In this document: positions 39,283 through 48,074 of the stretch, piece by piece
How positions within the stretch are numbered: the first letter of the stretch is position 1
Layout of the letters: each line of letters opens with the position of its first letter
Assembly (NCBI GenBank): GCA_007376295.1
Contig: VMGB01000001.1
Span: forward strand, 413,969 to 477,968
Reading direction: 5' to 3'
Source: Parcubacteria group bacterium Gr01-1014_13
GTDB taxonomy: Bacteria; Patescibacteriota; Patescibacteriia; Magasanikbacterales; GWA2-37-8
Length of the DNA: 64,000 nt
Program-made: the position numbers and the translations under genes
The notes under the pieces: generated by a model
Seen by the model: the letters and a program-made list of their open reading frames with translations, nothing else
Databases searched by the model: none
Told to the model about the DNA's origin: nothing

Positions 39283-39311
39283 ATTCTACTAAAAAACCAG
39301 AGTGTTGGCAA
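39283..39311 (-). promoter_or_regulatory. Leaderless gatC promoter
   Basis: TTGCCA-17-TAGAAT-6 nt-ATG. Confidence 0.7.
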
Positions 39312-39313
39312 AT

Positions 39314-39606
39314 AAAAAAGCGTGCAAGGTTACCAGCGCCCATTGCACGCAGGAGATTTGTCAGATAGAGCTTAAATATCGAGTATCAAGTACCTCGCAA
39401 TACTGCGAGGGAGTAGTAATGTAAAGCACTCTATCCTACCCCTTTTGCTTTTGAGGCGGGGTCGTATCCATCAATGTGGAATACGCCAGATTGAATCAGT
39501 CAATGTTACCATTGACCACGGTTTTAATCCCGAGCAGGTTTGCTGGCTTGCTGCACCTACTACCCAACCACATTTGAGCTGCTATAGAGGCAGCTTTTGC
39601 CCACCT
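39314..39606 (-). ncRNA. Unidentified ~290-nt structured RNA with its own promoter and terminator
   Basis: Promoter TTGACA-17-TAGTGT (39642-39614), multiple stems, terminator GCGTGCAA/TTGCACGC+T6; no credible ORF. Confidence 0.65.
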
Positions 39607-39645
39607 AAGCACCACACTACAATACAAAATTTACCCTGTCAATAC

Positions 39646-39674
39646 AAAAACAGCCTTTGGTAAGGCTGTTTTTG
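39646..39674. terminator. Bidirectional terminator
   Basis: aaaaacagcct-ttggta-aggctgttttt. Confidence 0.7.
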
Positions 39675-39691
39675 AGATAAAATTTGGTATT

Positions 39692-40177
39692 TTATTTCTG
39701 TACCGTAATTGTTGCAGCTCCGCCCCCATCGCAGGTTATATAATGAGTACCGAGTGTAGATGGCGCAGTAGCAATTGCGAAACCATAGGCTTTTATATTG
39801 AAGGATTGTCCGCCGGTAATAGCAATCTTGTGGGCTCTTGGATCTCTGTTATCTAACATGAACTTGGTACCTTTTTTCAAGGTAAGAGTACCAGGAGAAC
39901 CATGACAGCTAACAAATTGAAAGTAATAGCCGGTATTCTTGTAAATTTTTATAGCGTCTAAGTACGATTTGGTGGCTGGCAAAGATACATTTGTGGCAGC
40001 AGCAGGTTTTTTTGAAGTTGCGGCTCCAGATTCAGGCAGAGTGTTTGTGCTTGAATCTGTACTTGCTGGAAAAGACGGGTAATTCAATTTTAAATTAACA
40101 TAAACAGAATACGCGATTACTCCTAATAAAATAACCCCTCCTATTATATATAAAAATTTTCTTGGAATTTTATGCAT
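39692..40177 (-). CDS. Membrane-anchored hypothetical exported protein
   Basis: N-terminal TM, S/T/P-rich linker, beta-rich C-terminal domain. Confidence 0.7.
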   Translation of the reverse strand: MHKIPRKFLYIIGGVILLGVIAYSVYVNLKLNYPSFPASTDSSTNTLPESGAATSKKPAAATNVSLPATKSYLDAIKIYKNTGYYFQFVSCHGSPGTLTLKKGTKFMLDNRDPRAHKIAITGGQSFNIKAYGFAIATAPSTLGTHYITCDGGGAATITVQK

Positions 40178-40188
40178 ACTAATTAAAT

Positions 40189-40527
40189 TTAAATTATCTT
40201 TCCTTCTCGACCTTTTAATTGTGATAAAACTTCTTCATTTTCCTCAGCTTCTTCTACTTCGGCATCTCTTCGCGCCCAAGCTGCTTCTTGCATACCCCGT
40301 AATAAATCATGATGTTTTAATTCGTTTTTCTCTTTTGTTCTATTTAGGTATATCCCGATACTTTTTTTCTTGTACTCGCCCCAAGCACCGTGATTATCGC
40401 CCAAAAAAATAGTTGCCGCTTTACCAAAAGAAGCATCCACCGTAAGCGGATTAGGCATACGCAAGTATTCTTCGGCTTTTTTTATTATTTTTTCTATTAA
40501 TTTCTGATCTAAACCCTGCTGTTTCAT
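40189..40527 (-). CDS. Hypothetical protein (likely start MKQQG)
   Basis: Promoter TTGAAA-17-TATCAT just upstream of ATG 40527; the longer ORF-track version overlaps the neighbouring gene. Confidence 0.5.
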   Translation of the reverse strand: MKQQGLDQKLIEKIIKKAEEYLRMPNPLTVDASFGKAATIFLGDNHGAWGEYKKKSIGIYLNRTKEKNELKHHDLLRGMQEAAWARRDAEVEEAEENEEVLSQLKGREGKII

Positions 40528-40591
40528 AGCACTATAAATGATAGCACAAAAAGAGCGTTTTTTCAAATACTCATTTGGTATAAAGTAAAAA

Positions 40592-42109
40592 TCAGGCAAG
40601 CCCAGGGAAGAAGTCTTTTTTAATCTGTTGTTTTGGCACACCAATTTTTCGTAAGATTTGTTCAAAAGCCACTACCATATTGTTGGAACCGGACAAGTAA
40701 AAAGTTCTTTCTTTAAAATCCGGGACTGTGCGCATAATCATTTTGTCATCTACCATACCCCGTTCACCTTGCCAATCAGCTGGATAAGGAGTGCTGGAAA
40801 TAGTGTAAATTGTTTTTATTCCCAATTCCCGCTCACCCTGATCAAAAAGGTCTCGGTAAGCAATATCAGCTGGGGTGTAATTTGAGTATAGTAAAATTAT
40901 ATTTCTCTTTTCTTTCGTGTCCAACAAATACTTTACCATGCTTCTAAAAGGGGTGATACCGATACCACCGGCTATAAAAACAAGTTTTTTATTTTTATCT
41001 TTTGGCAAAACAAAGTCTCCGGCCAATTGAGAAGCCACGATTTTGTCGCCATGGTTTAGAGTAAGTATTGATTTTTTAAAACTGCTTGAGTGAGGATAAA
41101 ATTTTATCCCCGTTCTAATTTCCGGCTCAGTTGGAGATGAGGCGATAGTAAAATATCGTCTCATACCTCTGGTATCTTGATGATCGTGTTCCAAAGTCCA
41201 TTCCAAATACTGCCCGGGTTTAAATACTAATTTTTTGTCTGATTGAAAAACAAAATCATACACATCTGGCGCTATCATCAATTTTTCTTTTAATTCTAAA
41301 ATAAGTTTATACTTTGGACTAATGATATAAGAAAAAATGTTACCTGCCAGCAGAGCTAATTCCGGAGTGGAATAAACATAACCAATATGAATAAAAGGAG
41401 CGAACAAAACTCCGGTTAGGGCACCATAAAGTATCCGCAACTTTTTGGTGGGAGGTGTAGTCATCGGTTCGGTGAGCATAACACAGGCGAAGAAAATAAG
41501 CGGAGAAGAAAATAATATTTCTTTTGAAATCATTAATAAATTGCTTTGTTTTAAGAAAAAGTATCCCAAAATAGTGGCCGCAGAAAAAATAATAAAACTT
41601 AAAACTAAATCAAATCTTCTTAATTTCCGCACCATGAGCAAACCGCCAACAAAAACAAAAGGCAACATATACAGATTACCCACCCACCAATTGGCTGACT
41701 GTCCCGAAATTATAGCCGTCAACGCTACAGCGACTGCTGTCGGATTAAAAATGTGCTTCTTGTTTATCGCGATAATATACTTAGAAGCCATGGCCAAAAA
41801 AGCTGCGAAACCCAAAAATACCAAGCCGTTAACCGATCGAACCGGCGCAATAATGAGTGTTAAGATAAGACCCGTGGTGTACACCGATTCAATATTACTT
41901 GGAGCGCCAAAAACACGCGCAAAAATTGCGTTTACAACCAAACAAACACATACGATAAATATCCCGGAAACTGCCAAAGCGATTGGCGTGTACGGCAACA
42001 ATCTAAAAAAACTCAAAAACAAAGCGGCCAGCCAAAGAGCCAGCACATAATAAAGTACCAATCGATACATTGTTATTCGGTTGAGGAAATTGTCTATAAA
42101 TTTAATCAT
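40592..42109 (-). CDS. RnfD/NqrB-like membrane domain fused to an FNR-type NAD(P)H oxidoreductase
   Basis: KHIFNP, MLTEPMTTP; FKPGQY, RRYFTIASSP, AGGIGITPFRSM. Confidence 0.85.
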   Translation of the reverse strand: MIKFIDNFLNRITMYRLVLYYVLALWLAALFLSFFRLLPYTPIALAVSGIFIVCVCLVVNAIFARVFGAPSNIESVYTTGLILTLIIAPVRSVNGLVFLGFAAFLAMASKYIIAINKKHIFNPTAVAVALTAIISGQSANWWVGNLYMLPFVFVGGLLMVRKLRRFDLVLSFIIFSAATILGYFFLKQSNLLMISKEILFSSPLIFFACVMLTEPMTTPPTKKLRILYGALTGVLFAPFIHIGYVYSTPELALLAGNIFSYIISPKYKLILELKEKLMIAPDVYDFVFQSDKKLVFKPGQYLEWTLEHDHQDTRGMRRYFTIASSPTEPEIRTGIKFYPHSSSFKKSILTLNHGDKIVASQLAGDFVLPKDKNKKLVFIAGGIGITPFRSMVKYLLDTKEKRNIILLYSNYTPADIAYRDLFDQGERELGIKTIYTISSTPYPADWQGERGMVDDKMIMRTVPDFKERTFYLSGSNNMVVAFEQILRKIGVPKQQIKKDFFPGLA

Positions 42110-42116
42110 ATATAAG

Positions 42117-42863
42117 CTATTTTACGACATATTTATCAAACCCGCTAGTCATCGTGGCAATACCATCCTTATCAATCATATATCCTTCAAAACCTGCTAG
42201 TCTCTCTATAAAATCTATTCCTTTTTTTCCCATAGCAAAGGCGGTAGTGGCGAACCTGTCTGCCTCATAGATATTTGGACCAATTACGGATAAACTGACA
42301 ATTTCAGTAATTAATTCTTTGGTCTGATGGGGATTGTAAATATGCTGACCTCGGATATAGGTACCTGACGTGGCTACTCCAACATCTGTGAGAGAAATAA
42401 CTTTAATTATTTCTTCGGCATTAAAAGGATTGCGTATCCCCACTCGCCAATTTTTACCTTGACTGTTTTGACCGTGCATCTCGATATCTCCTCCAGCTTC
42501 TACATAAAAATTTTTAAAACCTTGTTCTTGCAAAAGTTTGGCGGCATTATTTATTGCCCAACCTTTTACCAAGCCGGAAGGATCGTATTTTCCATCTTTG
42601 GATTTAATATCAAAGTATCCGTTTGTTATTTTCTTAGTTTCTTCACACAGCCGCCAGACTTCTAACATGTCTTGGCTATAATCTTTTTCTTTTATTTCGC
42701 CACGATTAATTTGACTTATATCGCTTTCGTCTTTATAGGTACTAAACTTTTTGTCTACATAATCAAAGTAAGAAAAAACTTTATCAAAAATATCTTCGGT
42801 AGCAAACGAATCACAAATTTCTACGGTAATTGGCATGCCCATCAGCTGTCGTGTTTGTTTCAT
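42117..42863 (-). CDS. apbE: FAD:protein FMN transferase
   Basis: MG, DPSGLVKGWA, AGGD, VATSG, HIYNP, ADRFAT. Confidence 0.9.
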   Translation of the reverse strand: MKQTRQLMGMPITVEICDSFATEDIFDKVFSYFDYVDKKFSTYKDESDISQINRGEIKEKDYSQDMLEVWRLCEETKKITNGYFDIKSKDGKYDPSGLVKGWAINNAAKLLQEQGFKNFYVEAGGDIEMHGQNSQGKNWRVGIRNPFNAEEIIKVISLTDVGVATSGTYIRGQHIYNPHQTKELITEIVSLSVIGPNIYEADRFATTAFAMGKKGIDFIERLAGFEGYMIDKDGIATMTSGFDKYVVK

Positions 42864-42864
42864 G

Positions 42865-43389
42865 CTATGATTTAGCTTTGACCAAAGCGGAGGCCAATGA
42901 CTCTATAAAACCTTCGCTTGTTTGAGTAGCACCAGACACCATATCAATCTTGGCGCTTTGAGCGATGATCGCTTCAGTTCTTAGCCGAGGAAGAGATTCA
43001 TTGCTGATATTAATAGAAGTAGGTCGGTCATTAGGAAACTCCAAAAACTTTACATCTGTAAGTTTGCCGCTACTAATAACTGCAGATACCCGCACATTGC
43101 CAAAAATAGTGACTACGCTTGGTCCTAAATATTCTCCATTTTTGTATTGCCCCTTCTCTTCTTTTGGAGGTTGCGGAGTAGGTTTAACTGGTGGTGGGGT
43201 TTGGGCAGGCTTCTTTGAGATGACAGGAACAGGTGTCTCAGTGGTAGTTGGTATGCTGACTAAAGTCGTTGAGGAAACATCGAGCTTAAGGCCTAAATCC
43301 TGATTAGCACCTCCTAAACGCTGATAAACTGCATAAGCAACTACAGCCAAAACTACAAAAGAAGAAAAAATGATTTTCTTAAGTTTCAT
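42865..43389 (-). CDS. Membrane-anchored FMN-binding domain protein
   Basis: YKNGEY.G; DMVSGATQTS flavinylation motif. Confidence 0.9.
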   Translation of the reverse strand: MKLKKIIFSSFVVLAVVAYAVYQRLGGANQDLGLKLDVSSTTLVSIPTTTETPVPVISKKPAQTPPPVKPTPQPPKEEKGQYKNGEYLGPSVVTIFGNVRVSAVISSGKLTDVKFLEFPNDRPTSINISNESLPRLRTEAIIAQSAKIDMVSGATQTSEGFIESLASALVKAKS

Positions 43390-43481
43390 AGAAGATCCGC
43401 TAAGATTAGATGAACTAGTATAATATATACTAAACTATACTATGAAATATATGAATTATCAAGGAGGCTTAACACAAAAAC

Positions 43482-43510
43482 AAAAACCCTCCGGTAAAGG
43501 AGGGCTTTTT
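43482..43510. terminator. Terminator downstream of the csp gene
   Basis: aaaaaccctcc-ggtaaa-ggagggcttttt. Confidence 0.7.
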
Positions 43511-43520
43511 ATTGAACTGG

Positions 43521-43721
43521 TTAGGCGCGAACAACGTTTGCAGCGCGAGGACCTTTTTCTGACTCTTCAACATCAAATGACACTGTGTCACCTTGTTTTA
43601 ATTCAGAAAATTGCATACCGCTCAAAGCAGTGGCGTGAAAGAAAATATCTTTTGAGCCATCTTCTGGAGTGATAAAACCAAAATTCTTTTCTGTAACTAG
43701 GGTTTTGATAGTACCTGTCAT
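43521..43721 (-). CDS. Cold-shock protein
   Basis: NFGFI (RNP1), DIFFH (RNP2), KGPRAANV; promoter TTGACA-17-TATACT at 43830-43802. Confidence 0.93.
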   Translation of the reverse strand: MTGTIKTLVTEKNFGFITPEDGSKDIFFHATALSGMQFSELKQGDTVSFDVEESEKGPRAANVVRA

Positions 43722-43855
43722 AGTAAAAAATTAAATTGTGAATAAATTAATCGCCGGCAAAATTCGACTATTTTTCCACCTGGGAGATTTTTAATGAAAT
43801 TAGTATATCACAAAACAGCTCTTTTGTCAATACTTTATCCCTCTTTTGCCTAATT

Positions 43856-46240
43856 TTAGGCAAGTTTAACCGTGTCGTTATCTGTGCTAATTTCTACTGG
43901 ATCCAAGCCGCGTTTGGCTGGGCCATTTTTAAGAGAACCGTCAAATTCAAAACGTGAGCCGTGGCAAGGGCAGTCCCAGGTATTTTCGCCGTCATTCCAT
44001 TCAATTTGGCACCCAAGATGCGGACAGACAGTCGAAAAAGCTTTGACTTTGCCCTCTTTTTTAACTACGGCAAGCTTCTTGCCACCCACATCCAAAACCA
44101 TGCCTTTATTGTCAGCAAGACCGCTGATGTCCCCTGCTCCAGATGCAGATTGGGAGCCGGCTTCAACTGGCCAAACTAATGGACGATCGCAGGCAAAAAA
44201 CGCATGGTGGGGATTATTTTTTTGTTGTACCAAATCAGCGGCAATATTACCAGCAAAAAATCCTTGAGCTGTGCCATTGCCTGCCCAGCCAGTTAAAAAG
44301 ATGGCATTTTTGCCATATGCTGGATGAGGACCGATAAGAGGCAGGGTGTCTGGAGTATAGAAAAGCGAGCCTTGCCAGCTATTGATAACCTTTAGCGGTG
44401 TTTTCGAACCCACAAGGCTTCTAAACCATTTTTCCAATTCAACATGCGGATTTGTGTCCGGTTTTGGGGTATTGGTCTTCCAGTCCTCACCGCCTAAAAT
44501 AAATTCATCCTCGCCAACAGCCCGGAAATAATGATATGGATCCTGGTCATCCCAAAAAAATCCTTCAGCAAAAGTTGGTTTTTTATCAAACTTAATATCT
44601 ATAACATAACTCACTGCGCTACGAAGCAACTCTGCCACTTTAGGGAAAAATTTTACGGGCGGTAAACCAGTGGCCATGATAAGCCATTTTGCTTTTACAC
44701 TACCTGATTTAGTTTTGACGACCACTTGATCACTGAGAGCAATATCAACTACTTCACTATCTTCAAAAAATATAGCTCCATTTTTTGTAGATCGCTCTGC
44801 CAAAGAAATTAAAAATTGCCGCATATGGAACATGACCTCGGAAGCTTTTTTACGATAAGCAGCTACTACCGGAACACCGATGGCAGCACTCGCCTCTTCC
44901 TTTAACAAATACTCCATACTAGAATCCTTGGCTTGAAATTTTTGAAAGGTCTCAGCAAAATGTTTGAGTGATTTCTTATCTTTCTGAAGCGTAAAACAGG
45001 CAGTGTCAACTTCTTGCCACTCGCAATCTATTTTCTCCTCAATAATTGTTTTTTTAAACAGAGCGATAGCGGCATCACTACTTTCCCAGGCTGCCAAAGT
45101 TGGATCTAATGAATCAAGAAAGCGAGTGCCGCAAGCTGTAGTAAAACCAGAATCGCCACTGGCAATAGTAACGGATTCAAGCAGCGCAGTGCTAATACCA
45201 TTTTTTGATAAAAAATACGCAGCTGAAATTCCGGCCATACCGCCGCCAACTATTACTACATCAACTTGTTTATCACCTTGCAAAGCAGGATAACGCGGCT
45301 TGTCCGGAACAGATCTAAACCAATAAGAAGCTTCTCCGGCAATAGTTGGATTTTTAGCCCCACAATCACAATTGGCACAGGTCGAAACTTTTTTTCGATT
45401 AGGCAAAAATAACAGACTGGCCACAAGATTGCCGGCCAAAAGTCCGAAGACGAGCGGGTCTAAAGTGACTAGATTAAATTTACGAGCCAGATAGGTAACC
45501 AGGACTATGGCAAAGCCAACAAATGCTCCGTAAAATATTTCTTGACGTCTTGTACGAAAAGTTGAAGTGAGCGGTTCAATAAGCATTACTGTCGAGAAGT
45601 AAAGAATTACACTGCTCACTATTTGAACAAAGAGTACGTCCGGCAATCGTTCTGGCGTTACTCCATTAATCAAAGATAATATGCCAAGAAAAAAAGCATA
45701 CGATAACAAAAATGGAACGGTGACATGCCAGCGATTCTGCCGCCAAAGAATAATAACAGCAGCCACTGCGCTAAACACAAATAGCCACATGCCAATATCT
45801 AATTTTTGCAAACCACCTATTGTCGGAACTACTTCGCCAGTTACTGCCCACCAAGAAACAGAGGGAGTAAAAAAACTCATTACCGCCAAAGCAAAAGAGG
45901 CGGGATTGAAGACGTGGCGATTTTTCCTAAAATGCAAAAGTTGTTTAGAAGCAACAGCTAACAGTGGAAGAGCAATGAGAATTATAAGAGGAGGTTTTGG
46001 GAGAGCGCCGATAGTGAGTATAAAGCCAGATATCCAAGATGATACGGGAAGATACCAAACTCTGTCGCGTGCATATGTCCATAAAAGATCAAAAGAAGCA
46101 TAAAGGAGTACAATTAGTACTCCATCTGCAAACATCATGATATCTTTAAAATAGAGAGACGCAAATAATGTGAGTAGGCCCAAATAGCCCACCATGAAAT
46201 ATTTAATATTTAACGACTTCTTCAGACGGGCCAAAATCAT
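43856..46240 (-). CDS. RnfD/NqrB-like membrane domain + DAO-family FAD oxidoreductase + Rieske [2Fe-2S] fusion
   Basis: RHVFNPA, MLIEPLTS; CANCDC linker; VVIVGGGMAG; TPDTLPLIG; CPHLGC...CPCHGS. Confidence 0.85.
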   Translation of the reverse strand: MILARLKKSLNIKYFMVGYLGLLTLFASLYFKDIMMFADGVLIVLLYASFDLLWTYARDRVWYLPVSSWISGFILTIGALPKPPLIILIALPLLAVASKQLLHFRKNRHVFNPASFALAVMSFFTPSVSWWAVTGEVVPTIGGLQKLDIGMWLFVFSAVAAVIILWRQNRWHVTVPFLLSYAFFLGILSLINGVTPERLPDVLFVQIVSSVILYFSTVMLIEPLTSTFRTRRQEIFYGAFVGFAIVLVTYLARKFNLVTLDPLVFGLLAGNLVASLLFLPNRKKVSTCANCDCGAKNPTIAGEASYWFRSVPDKPRYPALQGDKQVDVVIVGGGMAGISAAYFLSKNGISTALLESVTIASGDSGFTTACGTRFLDSLDPTLAAWESSDAAIALFKKTIIEEKIDCEWQEVDTACFTLQKDKKSLKHFAETFQKFQAKDSSMEYLLKEEASAAIGVPVVAAYRKKASEVMFHMRQFLISLAERSTKNGAIFFEDSEVVDIALSDQVVVKTKSGSVKAKWLIMATGLPPVKFFPKVAELLRSAVSYVIDIKFDKKPTFAEGFFWDDQDPYHYFRAVGEDEFILGGEDWKTNTPKPDTNPHVELEKWFRSLVGSKTPLKVINSWQGSLFYTPDTLPLIGPHPAYGKNAIFLTGWAGNGTAQGFFAGNIAADLVQQKNNPHHAFFACDRPLVWPVEAGSQSASGAGDISGLADNKGMVLDVGGKKLAVVKKEGKVKAFSTVCPHLGCQIEWNDGENTWDCPCHGSRFEFDGSLKNGPAKRGLDPVEISTDNDTVKLA

Positions 46241-46257
46241 AATTCCTTAGAGGTGAT

Positions 46258-47415
46258 TTATTCAGTTACAACTACACTGCCTTGCATGGAACCATGATAT
46301 TCACAGAGGTAAGAAAAAGTTCCAACAGAAGTAAATGTGTGGCTATAGGTTGCACCTGGCGCCATGTTTCCACTATTAAATGAGCCGTCAGCTGCTGTTA
46401 CTGTGTGAGGAGAGCTATCGTTATTTGTCCAGGTAACAGTGCCGCCTTTGGAAACCGATACGCTAACTGGTTGAAAAGCAAAACCGGCAATTTTTGCAGA
46501 GACTTGAAGAACTTTGACTTTTTCTTCTATTTTTTCTTCCTCCTCAACTTTTACCTTAGCAGGCTCTTCTATTTTTACTTTAGCTTTTTCTTCTTTTACT
46601 TTTTTAACTTTAAGAGTTGTGGTTGGGGTGGCAGGTTTAGGGGGTTTGGCTGCGGCCAAAGCAGCCCTCAGGTCTTTAGTAGCTTTTTCTACAGCTTTTT
46701 TAAAATCAGCTCGTGCTTTGGTCAAAGCCGCCTTGCGGGCTGCGGTTAAAGTTTTTAGGTTCGCAGTAAGTTTTTCTACTGCCTTGCGATCAGTGGCAAA
46801 CTTTTCACGAGCTGCTTTTACAGACGCTTGAAAAGTAGCACGAGCAGTTGTTGGAGCAATTCCACCAGCACAATCGGCCTTAGCTTTTGCTTCGGCGTTT
46901 TTTAAGGCTGTTTGAAAAGCGGTCGCGGCAGATTGCATGCCGACTTTACGAGCTGCAATAGCGGCATCTACACCACTACGAAAAGAAGTGCGGGTAGAAT
47001 CAAAGGCGGCTTTGCGCGCACTAACTGCGGCAGTCATAGCTGCTTGAAACGCATCAAGAGCTTTTTTTTGAGCATCGTTTTTGGCTTTACTCTGCATTTT
47101 AGCAAAGCTGTCGGCAAGTTTTTTGTCTGCGTCAGCTTTTTGTTGAGTTAATTTTTCATCACGATCAGAACGAGTTTTTTCTAATTTAGCAGCTCTGGTA
47201 CCGGCCAGTTCGTCTAATTTTTTAGCCTTATCGCCCATTTCTCTATCTAGTTTTGTAGAAGAATTTTCCAAACGAGTACAAAAATTTTCCGCTGGTTTTT
47301 TTGGCGTAGAAGTTCTGGTAGATGTTGTTTCAGCTAAAACCGGCAATGCCACTGTATTAGCAAGCATTGCTACAGACATGGCAAAACCAATTACTTTTTT
47401 AGAAATCTGTTGCAT
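46258..47415 (-). CDS. Secreted Ala/Lys-rich helical protein with a C-terminal type-1 copper (plastocyanin-like) domain
   Basis: Signal peptide VLA-E; AFQP...VTWTN.D..PHTV...YLCEYHGSM. Confidence 0.8.
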   Translation of the reverse strand: MQQISKKVIGFAMSVAMLANTVALPVLAETTSTRTSTPKKPAENFCTRLENSSTKLDREMGDKAKKLDELAGTRAAKLEKTRSDRDEKLTQQKADADKKLADSFAKMQSKAKNDAQKKALDAFQAAMTAAVSARKAAFDSTRTSFRSGVDAAIAARKVGMQSAATAFQTALKNAEAKAKADCAGGIAPTTARATFQASVKAAREKFATDRKAVEKLTANLKTLTAARKAALTKARADFKKAVEKATKDLRAALAAAKPPKPATPTTTLKVKKVKEEKAKVKIEEPAKVKVEEEEKIEEKVKVLQVSAKIAGFAFQPVSVSVSKGGTVTWTNNDSSPHTVTAADGSFNSGNMAPGATYSHTFTSVGTFSYLCEYHGSMQGSVVVTE

Positions 47416-47710
47416 AAGTATTATTTAAATTATTTAAAGCTGCGTTATCTGAAGTTACCATGGCACTATCCTTTTCTTCTTCAGCCTCGGCAGGCGGCTC
47501 GGTATTGGCAATTTTCACTGCAGCATTAATATCAGCATCTGTGAGCGGTGGGGAATTTAAATCATACCATTTTCCTCCGAGAACCTGGTTTTGTTCGGCA
47601 GTTTCTGCGGCTGGAGCTGGAACTGTAGTAGGATTTTTAAACTTAGCCACTGCTCCGACCACGATAGCAAGGGCGACAACAGGCAAAACTATTTTCCAAG
47701 TTGAAGACAT
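47399..47710 (-). CDS. Small membrane-anchored hypothetical protein
   Basis: N-terminal TM; overlaps the start of the next gene. Confidence 0.55.
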   Translation of the reverse strand: MSSTWKIVLPVVALAIVVGAVAKFKNPTTVPAPAAETAEQNQVLGGKWYDLNSPPLTDADINAAVKIANTEPPAEAEEEKDSAMVTSDNAALNNLNNTYATDF

Positions 47711-47805
47711 AAAATTTTATTAATTAAACTATTTGATAATATTATATAACTAAAGCTGTATATCAGTAAATATTTTTATCAACAAGCATGCAGTACACGT
47801 ATGTA

Positions 47806-48018
47806 TTACGGCCGATTGTGCCGCATACTATCTAGCGCCCAAGTGTACTCTATGACCAAAACAGGTATCCACTGCGCTTCTTTATGAATAATAAACATGG
47901 CAGTGCCGAAAACTAGTGCCGCGGTATTGATAATAAAAAAAGCAATATCAAAACCTTGCTCATGTCGAGAGACTTCTTCATTATTGGTTATATACAAAAA
48001 CCATTTGCGTAAACTCAT
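47806..48018 (-). CDS. Small membrane protein, leaderless
   Basis: TTGCGC-17-TATAGT-6 nt-ATG; hydrophobic core. Confidence 0.6.
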   Translation of the reverse strand: MSLRKWFLYITNNEEVSRHEQGFDIAFFIINTAALVFGTAMFIIHKEAQWIPVLVIEYTWALDSMRHNRP

Positions 48019-48074
48019 ACATTAACTATACCATCAAACGGTTTTATGCGCAAAATATGTTTTGCCAATTTTGG

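Noticed and set aside
39314-39606. T-box riboswitch for gatCA
   Set aside because: TGGTAACC is not a proper UGGNACC antiterminator bulge, no stem I motifs were recognised, and gatC has its own promoter after the terminator
39445-39663. 72-aa ORF on the + strand
   Set aside because: TTG start, no SD, antisense to the structured RNA and spans its promoter
40528-40665. N-terminal extension of ORF 40189-40665
   Set aside because: It overlaps the upstream gene and contains the promoter; ATG 40527 is more plausible
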